Assembly: GCF_018977255.1 (NCBI RefSeq)
Contig: NW_024704804.1
Coordinates: 186,001 to 250,000 of the forward strand
Origin: Callorhinchus milii
Taxonomy: Eukaryota
Reading direction: 5' to 3'
Length of the DNA stretch: 64,000 bases
Shown piece after piece: positions 25,189 to 38,858 of the stretch. Position numbers and translations under genes: made by a program. Numbering within the stretch: position 1 is the stretch's first letter; the number at the start of each line of letters is the position of its first letter. The notes below the pieces were generated by a model. That model had not been told where the DNA came from, did no database searches, and worked only from the letters and a program-made list of their open reading frames with translations.

Positions 25189-26087
25189 TTACTTAAATAG
25201 TTTAAATATGTGTTTAAACGGATAGATCACTAGATATTTCACATCCTCTCTGAACTTAGATTGTGTTGAAGCGTAAATGACGGTGTTTGTGCAGCAACTC
25301 AAAACTTTAAGAATGTCTGTCACTTGTTCGACAACATACACTGGGTCTCTGTAACTTAGATAGTAATAACTGTTTAACGTTCGCATTAATATGAAATGTA
25401 AAACTTCCATCAGCCACAAAAGGATGAAGCTGCCTGATATGGCGAACAGTAAGATGATGGATCTTCTTCGGTTCTCCATTTCTGCATCATTGCCACTATT
25501 ACTTTTCTGGTGGAGGAGATTTCTGCGGATTCTGTTGGCCGCTAAAATGTGACTGACTGTCGACACGTTCATCAGCAAAATCAGAATGAATGGAAGAAAC
25601 GGAGTTATTATAGTGTCAAACCAGTGAAATACAATCCATGTGGGAGAGGTGTAGAAAACCGCTTTGGGCACGCAATCCCAAGGCACTTTGTTCAGTATCT
25701 CTCTGGGCTCATGCATAAAGTACCAGGGAATGCTGATGAAACAACTCAGAGAAGAAATCACTCCTACAACCACGGCTGCTGTTCTCTCGGTGCAATAACT
25801 TGTTTTCAGTTTCACCCAACAGATGGCGACCAGGCGATCAAAGGTGAAAGCCACTGTCAACCAGACTGACATGTGTGTCACCGCCGACATCAGCACCAAT
25901 CTGAGTGAACACACGGGAGTGATTTCCAGAAATGTGTGATTGAAATAAAGAGCATGTATCTGGTTCAAAACCACATCGTTGATGGCGAACAGGAGATCGG
26001 CCACTGCCATGGCCACCATGTAGCGGGTGATACATTTTGAGAGCCCACACTTTCCTCGGGACAGGACCACAATGGCCAACAGATTCG
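25189..26087 (-). CDS. GPR139/GPR142-like GPCR copy 2, exon 2
   Basis: Acceptor ttctcacAG, 899 nt, intact 7TM motifs. Confidence 0.93.
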
Positions 26088-27405
26088 CTGTGAGAAAGTG
26101 GAACAGCAAACAAACTTATTTACCTGTGCGCTGCGTAAGTTGATGGTATTTAGCTCAAAGTTCATTCACGCAGCAGTTTCCCATCAATACTCATGGATTG
26201 ATGGGCCCATTTTAAAAAAATTCAAAGCATTAATAAGGAATATTTAAATGATCAAACACAGGAATCAGGCTTGACAGGCGACTTCGGTAACCACTGAGCT
26301 GCAGATATTATTTAACCAATGAACTACAGACGAAAATAACCAGTAACATGTAAGAAGTTCTGCCGAATTCCCTGTCTGTCGCCTGTTCTGTTGGACATGA
26401 AAGATCTCCTGTGACACTACCAGAAAATAGAATGAACTATGTCCACATTTCCTGGCTATGTGTACACCAAATAATGTGTGTATTCTCAAATATGTATCGC
26501 GCTTCTCTGGTTACAATCATGTTAACATCTGACAGGACATTGTCAACTATATGCATTGAATATCATCTTAAAAATGTGGAACTTATTCAGTATCAACATG
26601 TGTTCCTGCAGATCAGAACATAGGTCCGAATATTCACTTCCACTAACGGAAGATGGCGTTAAAAATTCAACTGTGTAAATGTGAAAAGAATTCGGCTCAC
26701 GCACAGCATAATTCGCAGTAACGTCAAAAGAAATAGAGGGCTCAATCGAGCTATTTATAGTCGGACATGAAAATATCCAGATTCTCTATTTTCCACACTG
26801 GTCACCCCAACCCCCTCCATTCACAACATCCAACTCATTGAAAACAATTCCAAACAAGTCCACTCTCACACAATCTCCGCACTTCCATCACTCCAGTCCT
26901 CGCCAGGATTCCCTGCCTCCTTTCCAGAAAACACATTGAAATAAAGATACTCAACATATTTGCAAACCATTCCTTGCCCTGGCATAGCTCTGTCTCTCAA
27001 CCTACTGACAGCCCTGGCTCGCTCATCCGATCAATCCTTCCTCACCGCCAGACATTCTTACAGCCAATGTGTCCTGAAACACTGGAGGCCCAATGTCTCC
27101 AACTCACACCCTTTTGAGCGAACGTCAGATCAGACCGAAAGATATTCTTTTAGGACTGTACCTACGGTCACCATTGTAACACACGTAGTAACGAGCAGAC
27201 CCTCAAAGAAGAAAAGACACACTATCAGTCTCACAGCGAGAGTGGAGAAGGTTCAGCAAACGACAATATCTTATCTTTATAGAGACATCAAAAAAGACAT
27301 CAGCGGAACAGAAGTCACAGCTGGAGAAGTAGAAGTAGATGTGTGTGCCATACGCAAACTTCTGGTACATCGAGATACAAGTAAAAATTGTATCTAACTA
27401 ATTAC

Positions 27406-27505
27406 CTGCAATACCAATAGCTGCAAGAATAGGATAATAAACTATCATTATCCGAAAAAGTGTTGGCAGATACTGCCACGGAATGAAGGCTATAGCCTTC
27501 AACAT
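27406..27505 (-). CDS. GPCR copy 2, exon 1
   Basis: ATG at 27505, MLKAIAFIPWQYLPTLFRIMIVYYPILAAIGIA, donor G|GTAATT. TATAAA at 27564-27559. Confidence 0.88.
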
Positions 27506-30500
27506 TGTGTATCACCAGCGGATAGGCTATCAGTGCTGGACTCTCAAAGCTGCCAGTCTTTATATCCCAGAACTGTCTCCAATGGGAATAAGATATTTGC
27601 ACAAATCATTGCGAAATACAAATGTTCCTCTTCTGCCACGAACTGCTGACTGGATTCCTTGGGGGAGGTTGGCATGATCTCATGGGGCCTGAGCCAGCGT
27701 TAAGGTGACGTGTTGAACAACAGAAAGCTGGAATGAAATCTAACACGTGTAGTGGTCAGGGTGAGCCTGTTTCTGAGTCAGACCAGTTACATGTTGAGTA
27801 AATGACTGTGGTTGTGGGTTCTGATCAGAGAGCATGAATGCTGGCTGAGGTCAATGTTATAAGACGGGTTTCGTTACTAGGCCTGTGGGTTGGATATAAA
27901 GAAAGCGTTGGTCTTGTCCTGGCACAATATCCACCAAAAAGAATTGTTCTTACACAGTGAGAGTGAAACCAATATTGTCCTAAACTAAGTCACTGGGTGA
28001 ATCTGTTGTGCAATCTCACTCTGTGCCAAATCACGTAATGTTATTTCATAAAAGAAAAATATGTGATCCATGTTTCAAAGCATCAACACTCCCTCCTTCA
28101 AGCTTCTGACTCCCTATGGTGCATTATCTCCAGATATACTATTCGCTAACGTTGTCTAACTACAATGGAAATTTGTTTTCTTGGGATCAAAAACAGCAGT
28201 GGTCCCAATACACATCACTGCGGGACAGCATTGCAGAATTCCCTCGACAGAGAAAAACAACCTTTCACCACCACTCTCTGCTTTCGTTATCCGAGACAAT
28301 TCTCTTTCCATGCTGCCACCGTCGCTTTAAAATCGTGGGCTTCTGTTCTGTTACAAGTGTCTTATATAGCACTTTACTGCAAGCCTTTTGTTATTCCATG
28401 TCAAGTGCACGATCTGTATAAGCTTCCTCCACCCTCTTCGTTACTTCATAGATAAGCTATCCGCTTTGTTAGAACGTGATGGCTCTTCTTTATTACTGCT
28501 ATCTATTGATTCTTGTTCCACACTCCCAGATAACTGAGCAATAAAGCTGAATGAATTTTGATTGACTGTTTGTTTGATTGATGCATATTCTTATAACCCC
28601 ACTTTCAATAACTGATACTCTATTACGAGTGGAGGCCACTGTATAAGTATAATTTGATGTTGATTTTAAAACATCTGACAAAGATCCATATATATATATT
28701 ACAAATTGAAATAAGACAGTTTCTGTAATTGAATGCTCATTCTCTCCCTGCAGACTCACAATCCTATTAATTAATACCGGAGAGTATAAGGCACAGATTT
28801 GCTAGAAGAAATGCTTTGGGTCCCCGGAGTAGTTGCTCAGGTGCATCTTAGATTCTGTCCGAGTTTAACAAGTTCAAAGTGAATCATTTGTCACAGAAAA
28901 ATATATTCCATAGAATTTCAAAATTATTTCAACACAGTATTTTGTCTGCTTTTGGGATATTGCTGTGCAACTGCACAGACGTGTTTCCTTACAGATGCAC
29001 AACGACATCATGTGAAGCATTCGGATATTCTTTTGACGTGAAAAACAAAGTGCCTTTGACCAGTAGATACGCTTCACGAGAAAAAAAGGTGCATCCAGTT
29101 CGTCCAACTCTCTGGCGGTGAAGTGCACATATGCCCCGAACAATCTATGTACTATATTTCATTTTGTTATATTCCGAATAAAATCTCTCTAGTGTGTGCT
29201 TGAAAGAATCAACACTTGCTGCTGCAACCATCTCCCATGGGAGTCTGTTCCACGTGTTCACTAATCGCTCACTGAAATAATATTTTCGGAGAATCGTACT
29301 GAATTTACCCCCTTCATTTGCAGGCCGTGTCCTCGGGTTTTGCTATTCTGGACAAGTTGAGACAGCCTGTAATGATCTGTGTTATCTGGCCATGTTAGAA
29401 TCTTAAGGACAGCAATCGTTTTGTTCTTCTTCCAGTGTAAACATGATTACTTAGTCCCTTCTCCCATTCCAGTACCGCTGTTCCCTAAATCGTTCAAGTT
29501 GCCCTCTTCTGCATCTAACAGCCGAGTTCATCAGCACATACGAAGCAATCGATATATATTCTTGCTATATTTTCTCTCCGATCATGTAATCAGTTTCACA
29601 TTTTCTGTGTATGTTATGTGACGCGACAAGCACAGGCATCTGGATGCTTGCCAGTCAGTTCTCTCAGTGAGAGGCGTTGAAGTAGTTTCTGGCTAATCTG
29701 CAGCCGAGCTCAATCACACAACCTGTTATTTTCTGCTCTGGACTAATCAGACAAATGACCTCCAAATATTAGGCAAAACCTAATCAGATATTTATGAACT
29801 GGCCCTCTTCACTGACACCATTCTTGTACATCTCCTTTGCATCCATTCCAATACCTTATACTCTTTTCTAATACGAGAAATCTGAACACAGTGCGGCAGT
29901 TGCAATGTAACGAATGATATGCACAAATATGCCATTGGAAGCTGAAATTTGCATCTATGATTCTACCTATACAACCAAGAATACTCTCAGCTATCCACAG
30001 ATATTTCGACATCCAACAATCGGAAGGATATGCTGCTTGCCACTTCCAGTTACAGAGATAAAGCCACCACTAATGTGCCTTTGCTCCTCTGCTACTCGCA
30101 AGATACTGCCAGTCAGTATGTATAACCTTCGCTCATCTTTTCTGCCCAAATGTATAATCTTCCATTTTGCTTGATTCAGCTTCAGCTTCCACCGATCTGC
30201 CCATTCTGCTGATATATTGAATTCCTTCTGCTTGTACACGTTGATATAACATTTAGTGTTCTCCTTAATATTGTGGGATAGAGATCTTCGAGCTCCGCCT
30301 GTTATCTCAAAAGAAACTGAGCCATAATATAATGACTAAATACAGCAGAGTGATTTTATGTTGAACACAGTTTCTTCCATTGCTTGCAGCTGTTAAAAGT
30401 ATGATAAAGCACTATTTTCATGAAATCGAATCACATAATTTATGATCTGAAGCCTGTGCTGTATTTGTGCAACAAATTATATAATTGAAAGCAATTAAAA

Positions 30501-30829
30501 GGCAGAATTTTTTAAAAAGTGTTTGATTAATTAACATGGAAGCTTCATGAACGAAACCTCCTATCTAACGGCCAGTTTTTCAGTTAGGATCAGTTCAGTT
30601 GGTGCTCGGGACTGGATTTTGTCATTGGGAGAATCATAGGATCACAGAAGTACACAGAACAGAAGGAGACCATTCGGACCATCGTGTCTTTGCCGTCTAT
30701 CTGAAAGCGGATATCCAAACCAACTCTCCTCACCCGCACTCTCTCAATAGCTCAGGAAACGTGCCCACACCCCACCCCCACCCAACACACAACCCCACCA
30801 CCCCCACGCCCTATCCCCACACCCACATA

Positions 30830-31255
30830 ATAGGTTTTGATTGAATCGGCTTCTAATACCCTTTCACGCAATGCATTCCAGATCGAAACAACTTTCTGCT
30901 TGAAAACAAATTTCATCATCTCCCATCTGTTTCTTTCAGCAACTATATTAAATTGTGCCCTTGGATTACCGACCGACAAGCCAGTGGCAATATTTTCTCC
31001 TTGTTTACTCTGTCGAACCCCCTTAAAATTGGGAATACTTCTAATAACTCTGCTCTTGAACTTCTTTGCTCCAGGGAGATTAATGCTTCCATAGCCTGTC
31101 CTGATAACTGAAGTTGCTCTTTCTCGGTACCATCCTGGTCAATCTCATTTGCATCCTGTACAATGCCTTGACATTCTTCCTTATGTTTGGTGCCGAGAAC
31201 CGAAAACATTACAATAGCTGAGGCTTAACCAATGATTTATATCAGTACGTCATAC
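30830..31255 (-). mobile_element. CR1-like LINE 3' fragment
   Basis: FKQKVVSIWNALRERVLEADSIK; paralogous to 46890-47330. Confidence 0.7.
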
Positions 31256-31311
31256 CCTTCTCCGACATTTTATGTTAAGTTATGTTAGGACTCAAACAGG
31301 TCCAGTTGTCT

Positions 31312-31500
31312 GACACTATGAGGGGATAAAGGTGTAATTTTACAACACTGAAGATATGCCTGAACTTGACGCTTTCTAACACACTTGCACGGGAAAAATT
31401 AAACTTATTTCAGTCCCTATTTGAATGATGGCTTGACAAACACTGAGGCATCGCGAGAGTTATTGCTGACAGTTTAAACAGGAGGAAAACCATTAGATAT
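31312..31500 (+). pseudogene. Decayed B30.2/SPRY remnant at the start of the deleted unit
   Basis: actatgagggg..ttttacaacactga..tgacagtttaa; closest to 38905-39070. Confidence 0.62.
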
Positions 31501-33371
31501 TAACGTGTTTGACTTTACTTGACACCTGTCTGGGATACGATCAAAAGCACATAAGAATGTAGGAATTTCCTGAGCCAAAGAAGACTGAAATCCATCTAGT
31601 TTGCCTTCCAGCATTCCTGCAGTCGCTTGGCATGACTTGTCCCAAACTTTCTAATGTATTTTTGTGCGTGTGTCTCTCTCTGTCTGCCCGAATGTAACTG
31701 GGACAACAAGTGGCATGGAGGGCGCTATTCAAATTGAAGTTGTTCTTGTTGTTGTTTGCGACTGTGTTCGTGTCTGTGCGCGTTTGAGTGCTCTGTGAGT
31801 GTGTATATGTGTGTCTCTGTTTGCGTATGTGCCTGTGTGTTTCATTCCCTCTTTACATATCTGTGTGTGTTTGTGAGTGTTTATCTGCCTGTGTTTGCAA
31901 TTCTGTGTTTCTGTGCTGTTGTGCGTGTGAGTCGGTGTTTGTGTGTGTGTGTTTGTGGGTAAGTCTGTGTATATATATTTGTTTGACAATATTCTGCACA
32001 ATGACATGAATCAAAAATAGAAGTGAGTTTGTCCTGGTGTCCTGGCTGACAACACCATTAATAAAAATTGAACGCACACTTCACTGCAAATTGACAGCCA
32101 CAATCACTTGCAGTGTCTCGATACTTTACAGCAGCGGTGTCCAATTGGCTGGACGCAGGTGTCCCAGCGGTGAGTTTTTTTCACTCGATACCATTTCCAA
32201 CCATATAACTTCCGCTCCCTCCCTGTTGAACTTCCTCGTGTGGCAGCAGAAGGAGCCGACGGTCGGGAGACCTCAGTGTGGAGAGTGGAATAATACCGTC
32301 CATTGCTGCAGTGGGTCAGGAAGGTGAGCATTTCTCTAATCAATCACATACTTAGTCAGCGCCAACTCCTCCATCAGCAGATAGTGATTGCCGCGCGGCT
32401 GATAACAGCAATACCAATCTCCAGCATTGCTGGGGTCAACATACTTACACACACGAATTGAATTACCAAACTTTAGAGTAACAAGAGAATACAATATGAC
32501 ACAATTGCTTTGTTCAAATTAGGTGAATTATTTATTAGCTGATAAGGTAACTCATCAAATAACGAAAGTCGGAACGGAAACTGTATATACTTCAGCTACT
32601 AGTACATGTGTCTTACAGAATAAAATTCCAGTGTTTGTTTGCCACATAATATGTCACAACTCTCGAACCCTCAGTCAATGATTAATAAATACCAACCTCA
32701 AAAGAACACTTGATATTCTTACCTTTAAAATTAACCAAAGGCCAGTACGCGATTGAATTCTTCTATATTTGAAACCACCTCGAACCTCTCCTCACCCAAT
32801 TATCCCACATAAACGACACATCTATGGCTCTTTCCCCGCTGATCCACACCTCCCGTCCTCTCTCTCTCTCTGTTACATTTCTAAACTCCTTAACATATGA
32901 CTTTGGCCCTTAGTTCAACTTGTCTAATCAACACCTATTTGAATAATCTGCTCATTTAATTTTTATTCACGTTTGAGCACGTGATGAGTTTACGTTTAAA
33001 ATAATTTTCTGGTTAAGCAGCTACACGTAATTGCTCCTTGTTAACTTTGGCCGCCTCAATGGCTCCACCCGACACCCTTTCCAGCGACCATCAGATCTCA
33101 GCTGAAGATATTTCTTTTGGACTGTGTCTTCGGCCACCATTTATACAAGACTGGTTCGCGAGCAGACCCATAAAGAAGAAGGGACACACAGTCAGACACA
33201 CAGCGAGAGCAGAGAGGGTTCAGCCAACGATAAAAACTTATCTTTATAGAGACGTCAAAAAGCCATCAGCGGAATAGGAGTCACAGCTGGAGGAGGAGAA
33301 GCAGATATGGGTGCCATGCGCAAACTTGTGGCACATCGGGATAGAAGTAAAATGTGGCTGTAACTCATAAC

Positions 33372-33471
33372 CTGTAATACCAATAGCTGCAAGAATAGGA
33401 TAATAAATTATCATTATCCGAAAAAGTGTTGGCAGGTACTGCCACGGAAAGAAGGCTATAGGCCTCAACAT
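33372..33471 (-). pseudogene. Orphan GPCR exon 1 (own exon 2 deleted); possible alternative first exon
   Basis: Intact ATG, MLRPIAFFPWQYLPTLFRIMIIYYPILAAIGIT and a G|GTTATG donor. Intron homology stops at ~33080 and abuts sequence matching the 3' flank of the other copies (~33050 and below). Confidence 0.82.
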
Positions 33472-34099
33472 TGTCCATCACCAGCGGATAGGCTGTCAGT
33501 GCTGGACACTCAAAGCTGTCAGTCTTTATTAACCAGAACTGTCTCCACTGGGAATAGGCTATTTGCACAAATGATTGCGTAACGCCAATGTTTAGCTTCT
33601 GGCACTAACTGCTGACTGGATTCCTTGGGCTAGGTAAGCAGGATCTCAGGGGGGCTGAGTTGGCTTTAAGATGACGTGTTCAACAGCAGAAATCTGGAAT
33701 GAAATCTGACCCGTATATTGGTCAGGCTGTGTCTGTGCTGAGGCAGGCCAGTTACATGTTGCATTTAATGACTATGGTTGTGGGTTGTGATCTGCGGTCA
33801 AGAGTGGCCGCTGAGGTCAATGGTCGCTGTCGAGGTAACTTATCGCACTTGCGGTTTGTCGGTGAAGAGAGGGTTGGTCTTGTCTTGCCCCCATATCAAC
33901 CATAAATATTAGTTCTTACCCAGTGAGAGTGAAAACCGTATTGCCCAGCTTTTATTGCCCAGCCCGTATTGACAGCTTTTACATAAACATTTCGCACCCA
34001 TTGATGGGAAGGATATTCAAGTTGACAATTTCAGTTGCTTAGTTACTGTCAGTCTCCAAGTCCCTTCCCCAATCTGCACCGAGCAAGGCGCTGCACGTA

Positions 34100-34860
34100 T
34101 TCTTAATATATTGAAATTTAATATATATAGATCAAAAACAGCAATGGTGCCACTACAGAACACACCACTGCAGACTTGCCCCCATGCAGTAAAACAAATG
34201 TTCACCACAACTCTCTGCTTTCAATACCCTAGACCATTCTGTTTCCACGCTGGCAGCGTCCTTTTAAAACTCTGGGCTTCTATTTTGCTTACCAGTGTAT
34301 TTTAAGGCACTTTCTAATACGCCTTTTCAAAATCCGTGTAAGCTACAAATGTACAACTTTTATTCACTCCCTCCGACACGTCATAAAACAAACTTTATCC
34401 GGTTTGTTAGACCGTGATGGCTCTTCTTTATTAGACAATATTTTTCTCAGTGAAAATGTATTTTTATCCAAGAAGATTATCGTCTACAGAATTTGCCACA
34501 CTATGAAGTGAGTCTGACTGGTGTGTACATGATTTATCCTTCTGCCACATTTTGTACAGGGGACTAACACTTGGATTACTTCCGTTGTCTGGTAGTACTC
34601 TGGCGTCCAAATAGAATTGACACATTTTGCCCAAAGCCTCCGTTACTTCCACGCTTTCTTCCTTCAGTAAACTTGGATTCGTCCTATCCTGTTCGGGTGA
34701 CTTATCTGCTCTGAACAGCGATTGATTTTCAGTAACTTCTCTTGGTTTATCCTAGACTTTCCCGTATTCTCTGCCCTTTAACAGATACTATAGCATTGGC
34801 TGTATCCTAATCTTCTGTGAGGACAGGAGAAACATCTACCTATTCCTTTGAAGGTGGTGT
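34100..34860 (-). mobile_element. Decayed CR1-like fragment
   Basis: Homologous to 59110-59750 and 43950-44570. Confidence 0.6.
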
Positions 34861-35269
34861 CCACAAAGACAGTTTCACTCAAACCCTTCTCTGTGTCTCA
34901 CTGTGCTTCCTGTTTGCTTTTGGCTCCTCTACCCAGTGTTGTCATCACCATAAACGGTAGTCGGTACGCAGAAGATGTTTCTCAATGCCACACTTTCATG
35001 CGAATTCTGCCGTACCCCTTAACTCTTCCTACCACAACCGCAAACTCTCCTTCTGAACCCTCTGTGGCAGTGGGATGAAAAACTACTGAAATCTTAGGTC
35101 CATGAGCTCCTCAGCAATAATAGCAAAATCTAACAGTCGCCCTCCACACACGATAGCGACTCAGGACCTGTCATGTAGACATGGAGTTGTGTGGACAGGT
35201 GGCCGTAAGAACGGTTCGAATGGAGCTTTTACAGGCATCACTTGAAAAGTGAGAGGGAATGGTAAATGC

Positions 35270-35590
35270 TGAGTTATGGAGGGATGAGTGTTGCAAATCT
35301 ATCGGCCTTGTGTCTGAAACTACAACCTCTGATGCTGGGACGGAAGGTCTTTGGGTCTTGTAGGATGCTTGTGAGAGTCGAACGGAGTAGCTGGGTGGTG
35401 AATTGGGTAGTGCGGAGGTCAGAGAGTTAGGGAGATGCCAGTGTGTGAATGTATTTGAACACATTTATGAGGATCTTACAGTGGATCCTTTCGGTTTTCG
35501 GGAGCCAGTGGGCAAAGGTGTGCAAACTGGTGAGCAGTGATTGTGGATATTGTCGTTGGGAACTGATCAATCGACAGCAAGATGCAGACA
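35270..35590 (-). mobile_element. Old L2 3' ORF2 fragment
   Basis: LHTFAHWLPKTERIHCKIL...FKYIHTLASP. Confidence 0.6.
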
Positions 35591-36111
35591 TCATCATTGT
35601 CATCCTATCTATCACAAGCTTCTTCGTAACTTGCTTTATATGGAGGCATAAGAAATAATGCCTTCTCAACAACTTTGTTCCAAATTCGCTATAACATGAT
35701 ATATATTTACAGCTGGCCCATAGTTGCGATTAACTACATCAAATAATCTGTCAATATAACAAATTGCTTGTACGTTGGCAGCTTTGCTACATTTTTCAAA
35801 AATAACATGAGGATCTCCATTGTCATATTCCACAGCTACCATAACGGCTCTACACAAACCAAGCATAGAAAGTCAGAAGAGATGCACAAAGGGACTATGA
35901 TAATAAAAAAAAGCAATTACACGGGAAATCAAGAGCAGCAGGAACTTTTTATCAATGCATTTATAAAACGGAGTTTGAGAAGTGGAAATGTGAGCGAAAC
36001 AAAGATAAATATAGTTAGACTGTAGTGGACACTAATGAAATGACAGTCCTGTTAAATTAACACATTACTTCAGCGGTTATAGTAGATGAAGAGGCCAAAT
36101 TACAAGCTGCA

Positions 36112-36400
36112 GCAATAATATAACAATAACAGTAATTCTTGCATTTAGTATAGCCAACAACACGTCTTCCTGACGTCTCAGAGCGCTTCAAGGAATATGC
36201 TTTAGTCAATTGACTGTATGGGCGAAACACGGCAGCCAATTGCGCACAGCAGCATCCATCAAAAAGTCTTGGATATGAAAACGACCAAATTATTATTGTT
36301 TTGTGTTCGAGGGATTATTATTAGACGTTTGGCGTAAGAAAACTTGCCAAAAGTTTCGACCTTCTGTGTACCTTCCTCAGGTCTCTCCTTTGCAAGGCGA
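36112..36400 (-). mobile_element. Diverged tRNA-derived SINE
   Basis: cttgcatttag..gagcgcttca..ggcagccaattgcgcacagc..aaacttgccaa. Confidence 0.75.
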
Positions 36401-36749
36401 GTTCCCGAGTTCCAAATCTCCATAATGAGTAGAATTTATAACGCATAATAATTCAATGTGCCCCAGACCACAGGCAGTTTTTAGCATTCAGATTATTTTG
36501 GATATTGACTTACTTTCTTCAAGAATAATTGTCCTGAGTCTTCTACTGTGTCATACAACAATATTGTGAGAGCTGAAGCTAAAGCAGATCGAAGTTCTGT
36601 AAATGCTATGTACTGATTACAAGATGTTCATTTTGGTTGGGAGGAAACACATGTAATGACATTTTGTAAAGCAGGCATTCACCTTAGCGACGACAGTGCC
36701 TATAAATAAGCTTTATATTCAAAATGAGTGCAATGAAACATTTGACGTA

Positions 36750-37300
36750 AGTGATAGGTTGCTTGTCGGCCTCACCAACTCCTTCCTCCACAGGATGCCA
36801 TTCATCCAGGACACAGCAGCCCGTGTCATCTCCGGCACCAGGCTCTGTAAACTTATTACCCCCATCCTCGATATACTCGACTGGCTTCCTATAACACAGA
36901 GCACACAAGTCAGGATCCTTGTCCTCAACTTCAAAGCCCTCCATGGAATTGCTCCCCCCGAACTCTGCCACCTCCAAACCCCCTACCATCGTACTCACTC
37001 CCTCCGCTCAGCGGGCTCAGGGATGCTTCACGCCCCACGCCTTGCTCGCCCCAATATTGGAGGGTGGGCCTTCCGCCACTCTGCCCCCATCTTCTGAAAC
37101 TCCACCCCCAGTCCCTCCGCCTCATCCCCATCTTTATCACCAACCTGACCTATCTCAAGACTAAATTATTCGACCGTGCTTTCGGTTTCCCGGCTTCCAC
37201 CTCTGCACCGATCCCGACTCCCAGCTCCGGTCTGAAACCCTTTCTATCCAGCGCCTCGTAACGTCCTCCCTTCGTGAAAGAGCTATCGACATGTAAATTA
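36750..37300 (+). mobile_element. L2 LINE 3' end
   Basis: IQDTAARVISG...ITPILDILDWLPI...FKALHGIAP...HSLRS...AFRHSAP (L2 ORF2 C-terminus) followed by an L2-type tail. Confidence 0.85.
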
Positions 37301-37769
37301 TTTTTGCTGTTTCTTCTCTGCGAAATTATCCCTATGTATGTCTCTTACCCGTCTCTCTGAAAAGCGCACAGTTACACATACAGAGCGGGCAATCCTCGGC
37401 TCTCTCATTCACTCACACACACAACTGCACATACACGGAGGAGCACTCTGATGCTCCGACATAGACGCTGAATCACACACGAACATATATATGGCAGTAT
37501 AATAACCTTCTTATTGGTTCACCCCAATCATACACACCCAGAAGCAGGGAGAGCAATGCACTCACACACAGAGTCATTTGTAATAATTCCCAATGAAAAA
37601 CATTGGTTTTTATGTAAGTTCCTTTATTATCAACTAAAAAGAGTCCAATCCAATAAATATAACAACAACAATTATCCCATCCCCAGTGTCCAATTGTACT
37701 TCCTGTCTTTATCTCGTTAACTTTTTTTCCGAATTCCCATTTGCTTCTAAAAGCTATGAGCTACACAAA

Positions 37770-38445
37770 GGCTTGGACGTTAAGCTTTAATGTGGCTCTA
37801 ATCCTGATCCGGGAGCGATGTCGGATATTCTGTTGGGAGCATTACAGGATGTCGAACCATGATTTTGGAATGTGGTCTTATATTGTAGGGGTATCTTTAC
37901 TGTATTCTCCAAACGTGACCTGGGAGTGTGGAAGCGCAGTATAGATCGAGCTGTTCCATGCCTGTAACTCAGAAATTATAGTAAGACGAACAGAGTATAG
38001 GGAGCTTTAATGTGTTTCAGTACATGAACTTAGTGGATGCACATTGTAAATGGAGATTTGTTCTGTCTCTGTTCTTGAACTGTGAGTTTCGACGGACAGT
38101 AGAAGGACCTTTGTTTTGTTTGTAACCTTGAAATGTGAGTGCGGGCGCACAGTGTAGATGAAGCTTTGTTGTGTCTGCATCAGTGAACTGGGATTGTGGA
38201 ACCGCAATATATAGTGAGCCATATTCTCTCTCTTAAGCTGACATGGGAATTTGGATGCACAGTGCAGAGGTAGATCTATTCGGATTGTAACCCCAACATC
38301 GAAGAGTGGACAGAGATTGTAGATTGAGATTTAGTCTCTCTTTATCCGTGTCCTGGAAATGCGTACGATAGCCTGGAATGAGTTTTACATTGTCTTTAAA
38401 AATGACTTGTGAGTGTGGACAGACATTTTAGGGATTTACTGATTT
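37770..38445. repeat. Highly degenerate ~55-bp tandem repeat
   Basis: An acagtgtagagggagcttt-like core recurs at about 37937, 37991, 38041, 38096, 38149, 38205, 38259 and 38314. Confidence 0.6.
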
Positions 38446-38499
38446 CTTTTATTCAGGCAGCAGGTCATCGGCATCGATGAACACGTTGTTAACGAAATA

Positions 38500-38858
38500 A
38501 TCTAACGATTATTAGAAATGGAAATGTCAACGCGATTTTCAGCTGCTCTCTGAATTTAGTCTGAGTAACGGCATTATATACACGTGTTTGTACAGGAATT
38601 CAACAGCTGCAGCATTGCGCCAGTTTCATACAAAATGTGCAAAAGATCATTGGAGTCTATGTGGTGATCTTTATTCAAAATCGTCCAATATAAGATAACC
38701 GATACTTGTGTCATCCACAATAATGTAAAACTGGCGGAAACAGCAAATAGTAAAACGATGGATTTCCTTCTGTTCTTTATCTCCGGATCTCTGTCACTCG
38801 CTCCTCTATTCCAGTCCCCAGTGCTGTATCCCCGCAATCTACTGCGGGCTCGACTGGC
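38500..38858 (-). pseudogene. Truncated, frameshifted GPCR of a divergent GPR139-like subfamily (ICL3 to C-terminus)
   Basis: ASRARSRLRG...DPEIKNRRKSIVLLFAVSASFTLLW...MLQLLNSCTNTCI, then a +1 frameshift at ~38575, then AVTQTKFREQLKIALTFPF. Confidence 0.85.

Noticed and set aside
27402-27602. 66-aa overlapping ORF (MQISYS...) open in all five units
   Set aside because: GTG start lies upstream of the TATA box; persistence is explained by recent duplication and overlap with exon 1.
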